The translations under genes and the position numbers were made by a program. From Bacteroidales bacterium (GTDB lineage Bacteria; Bacteroidota; Bacteroidia; Bacteroidales; F082), in contig JANJXG010000006.1 in assembly GCA_024709145.1 (NCBI GenBank), positions 38,550-102,549 of the forward strand: DNA of 64,000 nt, in the 5' to 3' direction. Shown one piece after another: positions 1-9,003 of the stretch. Each line of letters opens with the position of its first letter. Position 1 is the stretch's first letter. The notes below the pieces were generated by a model. It was not told where the DNA came from. It ran no database searches and saw only the letters and a program-made list of their open reading frames with translations.

Positions 1-2550
1 ACCGCCAAGACTTTCAACCCGGTTGCGGTTTCGTGCCAGATTGATGCCTGTTTTCACCAAAAATTGTTTCGACTGAAATGGAACTGTATTAATGATCAAT
101 TCTATACCACGATTACTCAAAACACCTTCGTTTGTCATGATGTTGCTTGCTCCCGAAGAGACCGGAACCGGCAGGTTGGGTATGATTTGATCAAATGAAT
201 AGAGGTAATAATAAGTAAAATCGAGATCGATTTTATTTTCGAAGAAACCAATGTTTAAGCCTGCTTCATAGGCATTCACCCGTTGGGGTCGAAGTTTGAT
301 GGGGGGAATGATGTCGGGAAAACCGGAGGATTGCTGCCCGCCGAACAAACTGGTATTGTAGTAAAAGCTTAAAAGGTAGGGTTCTGTATCAGTGGCTGTT
401 TGCGCCGCCCCGCCCCGAATCTTGAGGAAATTCATCCAGGGGATCTTGCCAAACCAGCCGAAAGCCTCCGTAGGAATAAAACTCAGCGATACCGAAGGGT
501 AGAAGTAAGAATTTTCGCCACCCGGCAGTGCCGACGACCAGTCATTTCGTCCGGTAAGCTCAAGATAGACACTGTTTTTAAAGCTGATGTTGGCAAAGGC
601 GTATACCGAATTATTTCTTTTTCGCAACACACCTTCTTTCGGAATCATCGAGGACGCACTGTTACCAGGCTGATCAACGATGGTGTTGTTGTTTGGATCG
701 GTTGTATAGGTTGTTTCGGTAAAGTTAAAAAAGGTGTACATATTAGGATAATACCAGGTGCCGCTGTGTCCGTTGATGTAGTAATAATCCTGACTCCACC
801 TGCTGGCTCCGGCTGTTAATTTCACATCGAAACCACTTTCAAGAAGGTTTTCTTTTGTGGCAGTGAAAACAAGATCGTAATTATCGCCCCTGTTGCGCGA
901 CAGTCCGTTACTGTAATAGCCGTTGAGCAGCCCGAGAGGATCGGTGGGTTTGTGTCTGGTTTCAAATTGCTCGATGGTGTAATCTCTACCGATACGCCCA
1001 AGAATGTTAAGCCAGCTGAAAGGGTCGTAGGAAAGGCTGAGGGCACCTGTGTATTTGTCTCTGTTTTGGTTGGTGTTGTTGTTATAATAATCCCACCATA
1101 GGGTCGGACTTACGTAGAAAAAAGGATAACCTTCCTGAGGATTCTGTGAACCATCAGGCTTAGCCCTGTAATCGCGGTCGATGCCTTGATAACTTCTTGG
1201 CCATGAATACAACAGACCCTTGTTGAAAGAGCTTTGATCTTCTCCCAGCATGGGGCTATTGAGTCGCTCGTATTGAATAAATGACATGGTGATATCAGTC
1301 ATAAGCTTATCACTGATTTTGAGGTTGGCACCAAGATTTACAGTGGTTCTGTTGAAGTTGCTGTTGTCGACAATGGCTTTATTGTCTTGTCTTGTAAACG
1401 AAACACGCATGGTTCCCTTGTCACCGCCGCCAGTAGCCGAGACATTGTGTGTGGTTGTATAGCCATTGTGAAAGGGCAAGCTGAGGTTGTCGGGTTGTGG
1501 TGACCAACTCCGCATTTTTCCATCCCACCATTTCACTTGTTGACCTTCCATCTTTGGACCCCAGGAAACTGCGGAGCCATAATAACCAAATTCTGCTGAA
1601 GTGCTTGAGGTTTCCCCCTGCTGATTGATGATCAGGTTTTCGTTGCCGTAAATACCGGGATATAGCAAGGTATCACCCGACATTGGAAAAGTGGGGGGCG
1701 TGAAGCTGATGGGTCCTCCATGCCCGTAAACATTTTGGACATCTCTGTAAAGATATGGTGTAGTTATCTTAAAATCAGCGTTGTAGCTGATGCCAATTCC
1801 TTTTTGTCTGCTTCCTCTTTTCGTGGTGATGTATAAAACGCCGTTGGCACCTCTTGAGCCATAAAGCGCCGATGCAGCACCTCCTTTCATTAGCGTCATA
1901 CTTTCGATGTCGTATGCATTCAGGTCGTTGATGGCACTGCCCCAGTCCACTCCACGTCCGATATTTGTCAGGCCCGGCGTATTTTCGAGTGGAATATTAT
2001 CAACTACAATCAGCGGTTGATTGTCGGAGCCAATGTTGTTATTGCCTCTGATAACGATTCTTGTTGAGCCGCCTTCCACGCCGTCCGGCTGCGAAATTTG
2101 TACCCCGGCAGCACGTCCCGTGATGGCATTCAATACGTTGCTGGCTTTGGAGTCAGTCACTACAGTAGCTTCAATCTTTTCGGTTGAATAGCCTATTTCC
2201 CTTTTCTGCCTGCTGATGCCCAAGGCAGTGACCACAACTTCTTCGAGTTGCCGGGCGCTTTCGACCAGCCGAATGGTAAAGTTTTTACTCGTACCAACTG
2301 TGATTTCCTGTGTTTCAAAACCAATGTAGCTGACCACCAGAATCTGATCCGGACGCAGGTTTTGAAAGCTGAAACGACCGTCGATGTCGGTAACCGTACC
2401 GGTGTTGGTTCCCTTAATACGCAGCGTCACACCCGGGAGAGGAAGTCCGTCGCTGTCTGCTGTTACGTGTCCCCCAAATAGGTTGGATTGGGCGTTTGCG
2501 ACCTGTAGGAGGAGCAGGGCAATGAGGAGGGAAAAGAAGAATCTTTTCAT
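1..2550 (-). CDS. SusC/RagA-family TonB-dependent outer-membrane receptor, N-terminal ~850 aa (3' end runs off the left edge)
   Basis: Absent from the ORF track because no stop lies in the window. My translation from the ATG (complement of 2548-2550) gives MKRFFFSLLIALLLLQVANAQS (signal peptide). Next comes a CarboxypepD_reg-like segment (GHVTADSDGLPLPGVTLRIKGTNTGTVTDIDGRFSF), then plug-like VVVTALGISRQKREIGYS...TRIVIRGNNNIG. At the left edge the same frame reads ...LARNRNRVESLGG. I translated only the two ends; continuity between them is inferred from the absence of any track ORF in this frame. The small track ORFs at 400-2614 overlap it on the opposite strand or in other frames. Confidence 0.85.
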   Translation of the reverse strand, partial: MKRFFFSLLIALLLLQVANAQSNLFGGHVTADSDGLPLPGVTLRIKGTNTGTVTDIDGRFSFQNLRPDQILVVSYIGFETQEITVGTSKNFTIRLVESARQLEEVVVTALGISRQKREIGYSTEKIEATVVTDSKASNVLNAITGRAAGVQISQPDGVEGGSTRIVIRGNNNIGSDNQPLIVVDNIPLENTPGLTNIGRGVDWGSAINDLNAYDIESMTLMKGGAASALYGSRGANGVLYITTKRGSRQKGIGISYNADFKITTPYLYRDVQNVYGHGGPISFTPPTFPMSGDTLLYPGIYGNENLIINQQGETSSTSAEFGYYGSAVSWGPKMEGQQVKWWDGKMRSWSPQPDNLSLPFHNGYTTTHNVSATGGGDKGTMRVSFTRQDNKAIVDNSNFNRTTVNLGANLKISDKLMTDITMSFIQYERLNSPMLGEDQSSFNKGLLYSWPRSYQGIDRDYRAKPDGSQNPQEGYPFFYVSPTLWWDYYNNNTNQNRDKYTGALSLSYDPFSWLNILGRIGRDYTIEQFETRHKPTDPLGLLNGYYSNGLSRNRGDNYDLVFTATKENLLESGFDVKLTAGASRWSQDYYYINGHSGTWYYPNMYTFFNFTETTYTTDPNNNTIVDQPGNSASSMIPKEGVLRKRNNSVYAFANISFKNSVYLELTGRNDWSSALPGGENSYFYPSVSLSFIPTEAFGWFGKIPWMNFLKIRGGAAQTATDTEPYLLSFYYNTSLFGGQQSSGFPDIIPPIKLRPQRVNAYEAGLNIGFFENKIDLDFTYYYLYSFDQIIPNLPVPVSSGASNIMTNEGVLSNRGIELIINTVPFQSKQFLVKTGINLARNRNRVESLGG

Positions 2551-2586
2551 TTTTCCTGATTTTGTATGGTTAAAAACGTGTGTCAA

Positions 2587-2594
2587 CAAAAATA
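2587..2594 (-). promoter_or_regulatory. Bacteroidota -7 box (TATTTTTG on minus strand) upstream of the SusC-like gene
   Basis: Plus strand reads caaaaata, which is TAnnTTTG on the minus strand, 37 nt upstream of the ATG at 2550. Confidence 0.45.
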
Positions 2595-2677
2595 ATAAAT
2601 CATCGGGTAATTAAACCGATTTAGGTAAATTTATATCAAGATTTTGATAATTGTTTTCGGACGTTTTGAACTTTTTT

Positions 2678-2685
2678 TACCTTTG
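2678..2685 (+). promoter_or_regulatory. Bacteroidota -7 box (TACCTTTG) upstream of phhA
   Basis: Exact TAnnTTTG match 32 nt upstream of the ATG at 2717. Confidence 0.45.
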
Positions 2686-2716
2686 GTAATTTATAATCAT
2701 TCCAAATAATTGCATA

Positions 2717-4453
2717 ATGTACAACAATCCCGTTCTGAGTAAACTTCCCGCACACCTCACTGATCTGATCATCGAGAAGCCCTACAACAGTTACAACTGG
2801 CAGGATCATGCCATTTGGCGTTATGTAATGCGTCAGAATGTTGATTTTTTAAAAGAAAGGGCACATCCTGCTTATCTGAATGGCCTGGAGAAAACCGGCA
2901 TCAGCATCGACCGAATCCCGGATATGCAAACAATGAACGACATCCTCCAAAAAATTGGCTGGGGTGCTGTCACTGTTGACGGATTCATTCCACCGGCCGC
3001 TTTTATGGAGTTTCGGGCTCATCAGGTGCTGGTAATCGCAGCCGACATCCGTCCGATTGATCAGGTTGAATACACTCCGGCTCCCGATATCATTCACGAA
3101 GCAGCCGGTCATGCTCCAATCATTGCTGATGAGGCTTATGCAGCTTATCTCAAGTATTTTGGAGAGGTTGGTTCCAGGGCATTTTCATCGGCTGCTGACT
3201 ATGCCTTGTATGAAGCAATCAGGTATTTGTCAATATTAAAAGCCGACCCTTACACTTCTCCTGAAGAGGTTAAGTTGGCAACCGAGCTATTGGAGGCCAA
3301 AGAGCAAAGCCTGGGGATTCCATCTGAGATGGCATACATCCGCAACCTGCATTGGTGGACAGTTGAATATGGGCTTATAGGCCAAACAGAAAAACCATTG
3401 ATTTACGGAGCCGGCCTGCTATCGTCGATTGGAGAAAGTGCCGGGGCATTGAGCGACAATGTTCGCAAAATTCCTTATACGATTGATGCTGTTTATTATA
3501 ACTTTGATATAACAAAGCCTCAGCCTCAGCTTTTTGTAACCCCTGACTTCGAAAACCTTACTGTTGTCCTCGATCAGTTTGCATCCCGGATGGCATTGCG
3601 AAAGGGAGGCGTAGAGGGTATTCTTAAAGCAGTGGAGTCAGGCTCGGTTGCTACCTGTGTATATAGCAGTGGCTTGCAGGTATCAGGTGTTTTTGCCGAT
3701 TACATCCTTCATCAAAATCAACCCGCTTACCTTCTCACATCAGGACCAACAACACTTTGTTACCAGAATCAATGCCTTGTCGGGCATGGGACAGAAACAC
3801 ACAGCCATGGTTTTGGATCTCCGATAGGTGCCATCAAAGGCACTTTAAAACCTCCCCGTTTTCTGGATGACAACGATCTGGCGGCGGTTGGCATCCGGCT
3901 CAATGAACCATGCAGTTTTGAATTTGAATCAGGTATTCAGGTAAAAGGTGTGCTGAAATCTTTGGTTAGAAAAGAAGGAAAGCTGTTGCTTTTGTCCTTT
4001 ATTGGTTGTGAGGTGCACTATGAAGACCGTTTGTTGTTCGATCCGGCCTGGGGTGTTTATGATATGGCTGTGGGTGAGTCGGTGGTTTCAGCTTACACTG
4101 GGCCGGCCGATCCCAATGCCTATGGATTAAGCTATCCGCAGCCAAAAGAAAAGACCCATAAGATTGCGTATGATCAACAGCAAATTGAGCTTCACAAGCA
4201 GTTTGGAGTTGTGCGCGAATGGCGTGACCAACCATCACCTTTCAGGCATGAAAGTGGTTTGACAGAGAATTATTTGAATTCATGGCCCAATGAATGGCTT
4301 CTCCTTACCGAATTGCTAGAATTGGCAATAAAAAACAAATGGGACGACCGGTATATTTCGTTGCTTCACAGGCATTTGGTTCAGCTTGCCATTGAGAAGC
4401 CTCAATACAGAAATTTGATTCACAGGGGCCTGAAACTTCTTGGAATGTCATAA
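2717..4453 (+). CDS. phhA: Aromatic amino acid hydroxylase (phenylalanine 4-monooxygenase), long form with ~280 aa C-terminal extension
   Basis: Iron-ligand motif PDIIHEAAGHAP (His127, His132) plus WWTVEYGL (Glu217) is the 2-His-1-carboxylate signature of pterin-dependent hydroxylases. The catalytic domain ends near aa 295. Residues 296-578 have no motif I recognise. Confidence 0.8.
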   Translation: MYNNPVLSKLPAHLTDLIIEKPYNSYNWQDHAIWRYVMRQNVDFLKERAHPAYLNGLEKTGISIDRIPDMQTMNDILQKIGWGAVTVDGFIPPAAFMEFRAHQVLVIAADIRPIDQVEYTPAPDIIHEAAGHAPIIADEAYAAYLKYFGEVGSRAFSSAADYALYEAIRYLSILKADPYTSPEEVKLATELLEAKEQSLGIPSEMAYIRNLHWWTVEYGLIGQTEKPLIYGAGLLSSIGESAGALSDNVRKIPYTIDAVYYNFDITKPQPQLFVTPDFENLTVVLDQFASRMALRKGGVEGILKAVESGSVATCVYSSGLQVSGVFADYILHQNQPAYLLTSGPTTLCYQNQCLVGHGTETHSHGFGSPIGAIKGTLKPPRFLDDNDLAAVGIRLNEPCSFEFESGIQVKGVLKSLVRKEGKLLLLSFIGCEVHYEDRLLFDPAWGVYDMAVGESVVSAYTGPADPNAYGLSYPQPKEKTHKIAYDQQQIELHKQFGVVREWRDQPSPFRHESGLTENYLNSWPNEWLLLTELLELAIKNKWDDRYISLLHRHLVQLAIEKPQYRNLIHRGLKLLGMS

Positions 4454-4483
4454 AAAAAGCAGGAAAAAAATCCTGCTTTTTTT
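4452..4483. terminator. Bidirectional rho-independent terminator between convergent phhA and C25 peptidase 1
   Basis: aaaaaaaGCAGGAaaaaaaTCCTGCttttttt: a 6 bp GC-rich stem extendable by A:T pairs. An A-run lies upstream and a T-run downstream, so either strand gives a hairpin followed by a U-tract. Confidence 0.75.
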
Positions 4484-4501
4484 ATGAAAGTTTGAAAGCA
4501 A

Positions 4502-7500
4502 CTATTTGCGGATCGTTACCCGCTGACTGCTTTTTGAAGTATTGGTTTCAAAACTGATAACATAAACGCCATCTGGTAATTGACTCAGGTTAATTGATTT
4601 ACGTGCTGTTGAAAGGTCGACATCACGCTCCGCAAATACCACTTCACCCAAAATATTTGTTACCTTAATATGTCCCAAACCAACGGCTGTTCCATGTTGA
4701 AGGTTAAATGTTCCCTGCGATGGATTTGGGTATACATGGAGGCTGGATGCTGTTGTTTCACTCAGGCCAACAGTACTTTTTACAACTGTTTCGGCAACGG
4801 GTGACCATTCTCCTTGTCCGCAATCATTCAATGCTGCAACTTTAATGCCGGCAACACCAATGTATTCAGCTGCCCAAAGCACTGTCGCTTCAACACCTGT
4901 TCCGGAAATCGTTCCGGCATTCTGAGGTTCAATTGACCAAACATAGGCAGATGCATCGGGGACTTCACTTATCATCACAATACTTTGGGAATGGAAAGCA
5001 TGATCGATTGTATCGGGGACGGCAGGCTCAGCAGGTGCAAGGGGTGGATTGTTCAGCAAAACGACGGCCTGACCCGAAGCGCTATTGATACAATTATTGG
5101 CATCCGAAACCTCTGTGAGACTATAAGTTGTTGAAACTTCTGGTTGAAGCTGCATCACCCAGGGAGTTTGTGTTGCTGTAACAGGATCCATATCAGCCAT
5201 TTTGATGGTCCATGGTGCACTTCCTGTGAGTTCAATAGTGAGGTTGGCTGTTTCTCCGGCACAAATACTTTGATCACCTGACAGGCTGGCAGTTGGAAGT
5301 TGATGAATTCCAACTGCAAAACCATGGTTAACAGAGGCACATCCGCCCAATCCATCGGCTGAAAGGGTCAGGGTGAAGCCGGCACTAGCCAGGTCTGCGG
5401 CACCAGGGGTGTAAACAGGGTGAAGACTGGCGGCATCGTCGAAGCTTCCATCACCTGAGGAAGTCCAGATTAGTTCACTGTAATTTGTTGCATTCGAAGC
5501 TGTGAGTTCCAGTATAGCGCCGTGGCAAATACCAACAGGTTCTCCGGCATATACTTCTGGACTGTGGTGAATAGCAAGTGTCATTTCACTTTCAACAACG
5601 GTTGTATTGCCGGTAACAGTAAGTTTTAGCACTACCTGACCGCTGTTGATATCCGAATCGGATGGCGTGTAAACGGGATTAAGTATGGCTGGATTACTGA
5701 AAGTTCCGCTTCCGTTGGTGGTCCAGTTAAGACTGTTGTAATAGGTGGCCGTAGCATTTAACTGGTGGGTTTCGCCTGCGCAAATTTCAGCATTGTTTCC
5801 GGCCCATCCATTGGTGCTGATGGTTGGGGGCAGGGTGATGTAATCGATCCATGCACAATCGCTGCCGCTCGAAACAGTGTAATCTTTCATATATTCCCAT
5901 TTGAAGGTATGGGTTCCGGCTGTTACAGGATAACTTACACGACTCCAGCTGATTTCACCGGCCCATTCACCCACTTTTGTGTTGTCGATGTAAAAACGCA
6001 TATAGTCATAACCTGATTCTGAAGATACTTTTCGGTAGAATGAAATGGTGTCGCTGGTGCTGACTTCATATTGAAGAATGAGTTGAGAACTTTGGCTGTC
6101 GGCAATAGTTCCTGATTTTGCAGCGAAGTTACCCTCGTATGGACCAACATTTGTGATGATCCAGGGTTGGTTTCCGCCGTTGGTATAACCAAAAGCACTG
6201 AAATCGCCGGTTTCAAAATCATCGAGGATGATGCCGATTTTTGTTGTGAAGGATTTCTCAGCCTGATACACGCCGGCAGCTACCTGGAATCCGAATTCCA
6301 CAGCCTGGCCGATGGGAGCACCGCCATTGACGGTAAGGTTGAAAACAGCATCCAGACTTTGACCTGCTTCGATGGAGACTGCTTCAAAACTGGCGTCGTT
6401 GACATTAATGAATGAAGAATTGAATGCAAGTCCTGCAAGCACGTCTGATGCCTGGCTCAGCCCGGTGTTTGTGAAACTAACCATCATATCAACCGTTTCG
6501 CCCGGATCAAGACGACCATTGCCATTGCCTGAAGGATCCAGAATGGTGTAATTGCCCACTGTAAAGGCCGGTGCAAGAGCAACAAGGTTAAAACTCGTTT
6601 GCCAGCTGTTTTGATCGGCAGTAATTTGCAAGGTAAAAGGGAGTGGAGTGTTGTTGGGTACTTCGTTACTCAAGCTAAAAGCAAATGCGTTTTCAATCAT
6701 AACAACTTGTTCAGGTGTCATGGTGCCGTATGATTCTGTTGCATCCGTAATTGTCACATAAGGTGAGTCGCAGCTGAGTGTTACATTGATGTTTGTGGCG
6801 TTTTCAACACCCAGATTTCTGAGCTGAACACCCAGATTTACATCCGATCCATAGTGAACTTGTCCGCTACCAAGACCGTTAACAGTGTTTGATACATAGG
6901 CGATGAATGGTCCTGAAGCTGGAATGATTTCGATTTCCTGCAGATAAGTCACTTTGTTATAACCAAATACTGCGATTGTCATCATCCCAACATTGCTCAA
7001 TGCAGGGAAGCTTACCGTGGCTGATCCGTTTGAAACAATAGCTGTTCCCAGAATTTCACCATCCAAAGTCAAAGCAACCATAGCACCTTCAGCATCGGCA
7101 TTTACAGTAAATTCCGACATGCCAAGAAAAATCGTCGGGAGATGGCTTACATTCATAGCCACCGGATTTGCAGTGCGCATTGTCATGGAGGGGTCGCCGA
7201 AGAGAATCCATGTATCGTGTGTACTGCGGCCGGAAGTACCATGTAAATCAATCATTTTCATGCTTCCGTTAATCGAATTTCCGCCGAGGGTGCGTTTGAT
7301 ATTATTTTGGTAACCCTCAACCAAAATGGTTACCATTTCATCCTGACCAGTCATTGGTGGCTGCCAGGGCTGTGAAATCCAGCTCATCATTGTACCAATT
7401 GCGCCGGTAGGTTGCCCGTTGCTCGAAGCACGTGTCCAGGTTTCGGCAAAGCAGGAACCGTTGGTGAATTTTCCGTTGTCGCAGGCTACAGCCCAAATCA

Positions 7501-8920
7501 CAGGCCATCGATCGGTATTGGTGAGGGCATTAACATGAGAGGTGGTATATCCGGCAACACTCCAACTGTTTTGTGAACCGTGGTTGCAATAATTGATAAT
7601 GCTTGTACCGGCATTGATGCGGGAAGAAATTTGTGCGGCTGTGGTGTTTGGAACTCCTGGAACACCACCATCATACTCACGGTGAACAGTGGAATAGGTG
7701 TAGTTGAGCAGGCTGTCGCGAATGTAATCCATATGCACATAGTCAGCCTCTCCTCCGTTGTGACCGTTACCGGCCCCTTCATTGCGGGCAACGCCGGTTC
7801 CAATGTTTAACCAGCTTGCATTTTGATCCAGATCACGTTCGTAGGTGAGAATGCGCTGCACCATCGTTTCCACATGGGCAACAGTTTCAACTGAAAAACG
7901 ACCGACAAACAACTCATTGTAAGAATCATTTCCTGCTAAATAACCAAAATAATTATCGGAATAGCCGCCGGATGAAGTGTTGTTATAGCTGGGAATATGC
8001 TGATGGTCACCAACAAGAAGAAGGTGTGTTAAACCATTGGTATTGTAGTAGTTAAGTACATAATTTTTGATAGCATCGGGTGTGCTGCCAACAGAAGCCA
8101 CATCAACCATCTCGGTTGGACGGCCAATTGTTTTTTTCCAGGCAACAAAGGGTTCCATGGCAGCCATAAACTGGCTGTGTGCAATAACAAGCAAGCGTCC
8201 CTGTTCGGCAAGTACAGGGTAACGGTTTTGCATTGTTTCATAATTGATAAACTGATGATTGTAAACATGTTGAAACTCATAGTCTTCTTTCATGTTGACG
8301 GCTGTGCGCGAAAGAGTATTCACGCCACCATCGCCTTTTTTATACATTTCAACAGTGATTTCGTGAAATACCCGAAGTGTTTTTGTTATCGGATTGTAGG
8401 AAAAAGGCATCAGCGTGAGCGCCTGACCTCTGTAGTTGCGAAGAATATAGGGTTCCTGAAGTTCAACCTGAGCTGAAGGATAAAAAGCATCACTGCCATA
8501 CATGGAACCATAGGTAAAAGGAACAGTCGCAGGATCAATCTGACGCGAAAAATCACCTTTGGACGGGGCAACTTCAATATTTGGAAAATCGGTGTAATTC
8601 GATGCAATCACCCTGATGTCCATCAGGTCGTTGTCGCCAATGATGGCTGAAATGGCAAATTTTGGCAGATCAGGCGCGCCTTTTTCACTCAGTGATACCA
8701 TTTTTGGCACGCTGATGATGGCAGCCTTGCCTTTTGGAGTTTCAACATAGGTTGTTTCAAATCCATGGATTGTAAACTTAACCATGGTGCTGGATTCGGT
8801 TGACCCTACCAGCTGGGAGCGGATAGGTACTGCCACATCTGATTTGATGGCATTCCAACTTCCTGCAAAACCAAGCAGTGCACTGAGCACAATTGCCAAA
8901 GAGAGGATAAATCGCTTCAT
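4502..8920 (-). CDS. Peptidase C25 (gingipain family) multidomain protease with T9SS type A C-terminal sorting domain
   Basis: Signal peptide, then a gingipain-like propeptide/N-domain. Catalytic region LLVIAHSQF...LLLVGDHQHIPS. Candidate dyad His447 (NYCNHGS) and Cys480 (WAVACDNG), 33 residues apart as in gingipain R. Downstream are beta-sandwich modules, a lectin/MAM-like module (DDFETGDFSAFGY...WIDYITL) and three ~75 aa IC.G...W.T.G.G.F...P.YTP Ig-like repeats. CTD is LHVYPNPSQGTFNLQ...VTIRK (nt 4505-4747). Confidence 0.85.
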   Translation of the reverse strand: MKRFILSLAIVLSALLGFAGSWNAIKSDVAVPIRSQLVGSTESSTMVKFTIHGFETTYVETPKGKAAIISVPKMVSLSEKGAPDLPKFAISAIIGDNDLMDIRVIASNYTDFPNIEVAPSKGDFSRQIDPATVPFTYGSMYGSDAFYPSAQVELQEPYILRNYRGQALTLMPFSYNPITKTLRVFHEITVEMYKKGDGGVNTLSRTAVNMKEDYEFQHVYNHQFINYETMQNRYPVLAEQGRLLVIAHSQFMAAMEPFVAWKKTIGRPTEMVDVASVGSTPDAIKNYVLNYYNTNGLTHLLLVGDHQHIPSYNNTSSGGYSDNYFGYLAGNDSYNELFVGRFSVETVAHVETMVQRILTYERDLDQNASWLNIGTGVARNEGAGNGHNGGEADYVHMDYIRDSLLNYTYSTVHREYDGGVPGVPNTTAAQISSRINAGTSIINYCNHGSQNSWSVAGYTTSHVNALTNTDRWPVIWAVACDNGKFTNGSCFAETWTRASSNGQPTGAIGTMMSWISQPWQPPMTGQDEMVTILVEGYQNNIKRTLGGNSINGSMKMIDLHGTSGRSTHDTWILFGDPSMTMRTANPVAMNVSHLPTIFLGMSEFTVNADAEGAMVALTLDGEILGTAIVSNGSATVSFPALSNVGMMTIAVFGYNKVTYLQEIEIIPASGPFIAYVSNTVNGLGSGQVHYGSDVNLGVQLRNLGVENATNINVTLSCDSPYVTITDATESYGTMTPEQVVMIENAFAFSLSNEVPNNTPLPFTLQITADQNSWQTSFNLVALAPAFTVGNYTILDPSGNGNGRLDPGETVDMMVSFTNTGLSQASDVLAGLAFNSSFINVNDASFEAVSIEAGQSLDAVFNLTVNGGAPIGQAVEFGFQVAAGVYQAEKSFTTKIGIILDDFETGDFSAFGYTNGGNQPWIITNVGPYEGNFAAKSGTIADSQSSQLILQYEVSTSDTISFYRKVSSESGYDYMRFYIDNTKVGEWAGEISWSRVSYPVTAGTHTFKWEYMKDYTVSSGSDCAWIDYITLPPTISTNGWAGNNAEICAGETHQLNATATYYNSLNWTTNGSGTFSNPAILNPVYTPSDSDINSGQVVLKLTVTGNTTVVESEMTLAIHHSPEVYAGEPVGICHGAILELTASNATNYSELIWTSSGDGSFDDAASLHPVYTPGAADLASAGFTLTLSADGLGGCASVNHGFAVGIHQLPTASLSGDQSICAGETANLTIELTGSAPWTIKMADMDPVTATQTPWVMQLQPEVSTTYSLTEVSDANNCINSASGQAVVLLNNPPLAPAEPAVPDTIDHAFHSQSIVMISEVPDASAYVWSIEPQNAGTISGTGVEATVLWAAEYIGVAGIKVAALNDCGQGEWSPVAETVVKSTVGLSETTASSLHVYPNPSQGTFNLQHGTAVGLGHIKVTNILGEVVFAERDVDLSTARKSINLSQLPDGVYVISFETNTSKSSQRVTIRK

Positions 8921-8935
8921 AACTTATTGTTTAAT

Positions 8936-8980
8936 AAAAAAAACTGCTCCAAAAGTAAGGGAAAATTACTTTCGGAGCAG
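8936..8980 (-). terminator. Rho-independent terminator of C25 peptidase 2
   Basis: On the minus strand, CTGCTCCGAAAGTAA-ttttccc-TTACTTTTGGAGCAG (14 bp stem with 1 mismatch) is followed by T8. It sits between the stop at 9004 and the next ATG at 8920. The descending arm also contains TACTTTTG (8950-8957), a -7 box match 30 nt upstream of the peptidase 1 start. Confidence 0.65.
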
Positions 8981-9003
8981 GATTGTAATGGGTTATTTTG
9001 ATC

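Noticed and set aside
400-2614. Several 60-139 aa track ORFs (400-819, 822-1046, 1338-1523, 2248-2481, 2384-2614)
   Set aside because: All overlap the SusC-like reading frame, which the track does not list because it has no stop in the window. Its N-terminus translates cleanly from the ATG at 2550. The small ORFs are frame artefacts.
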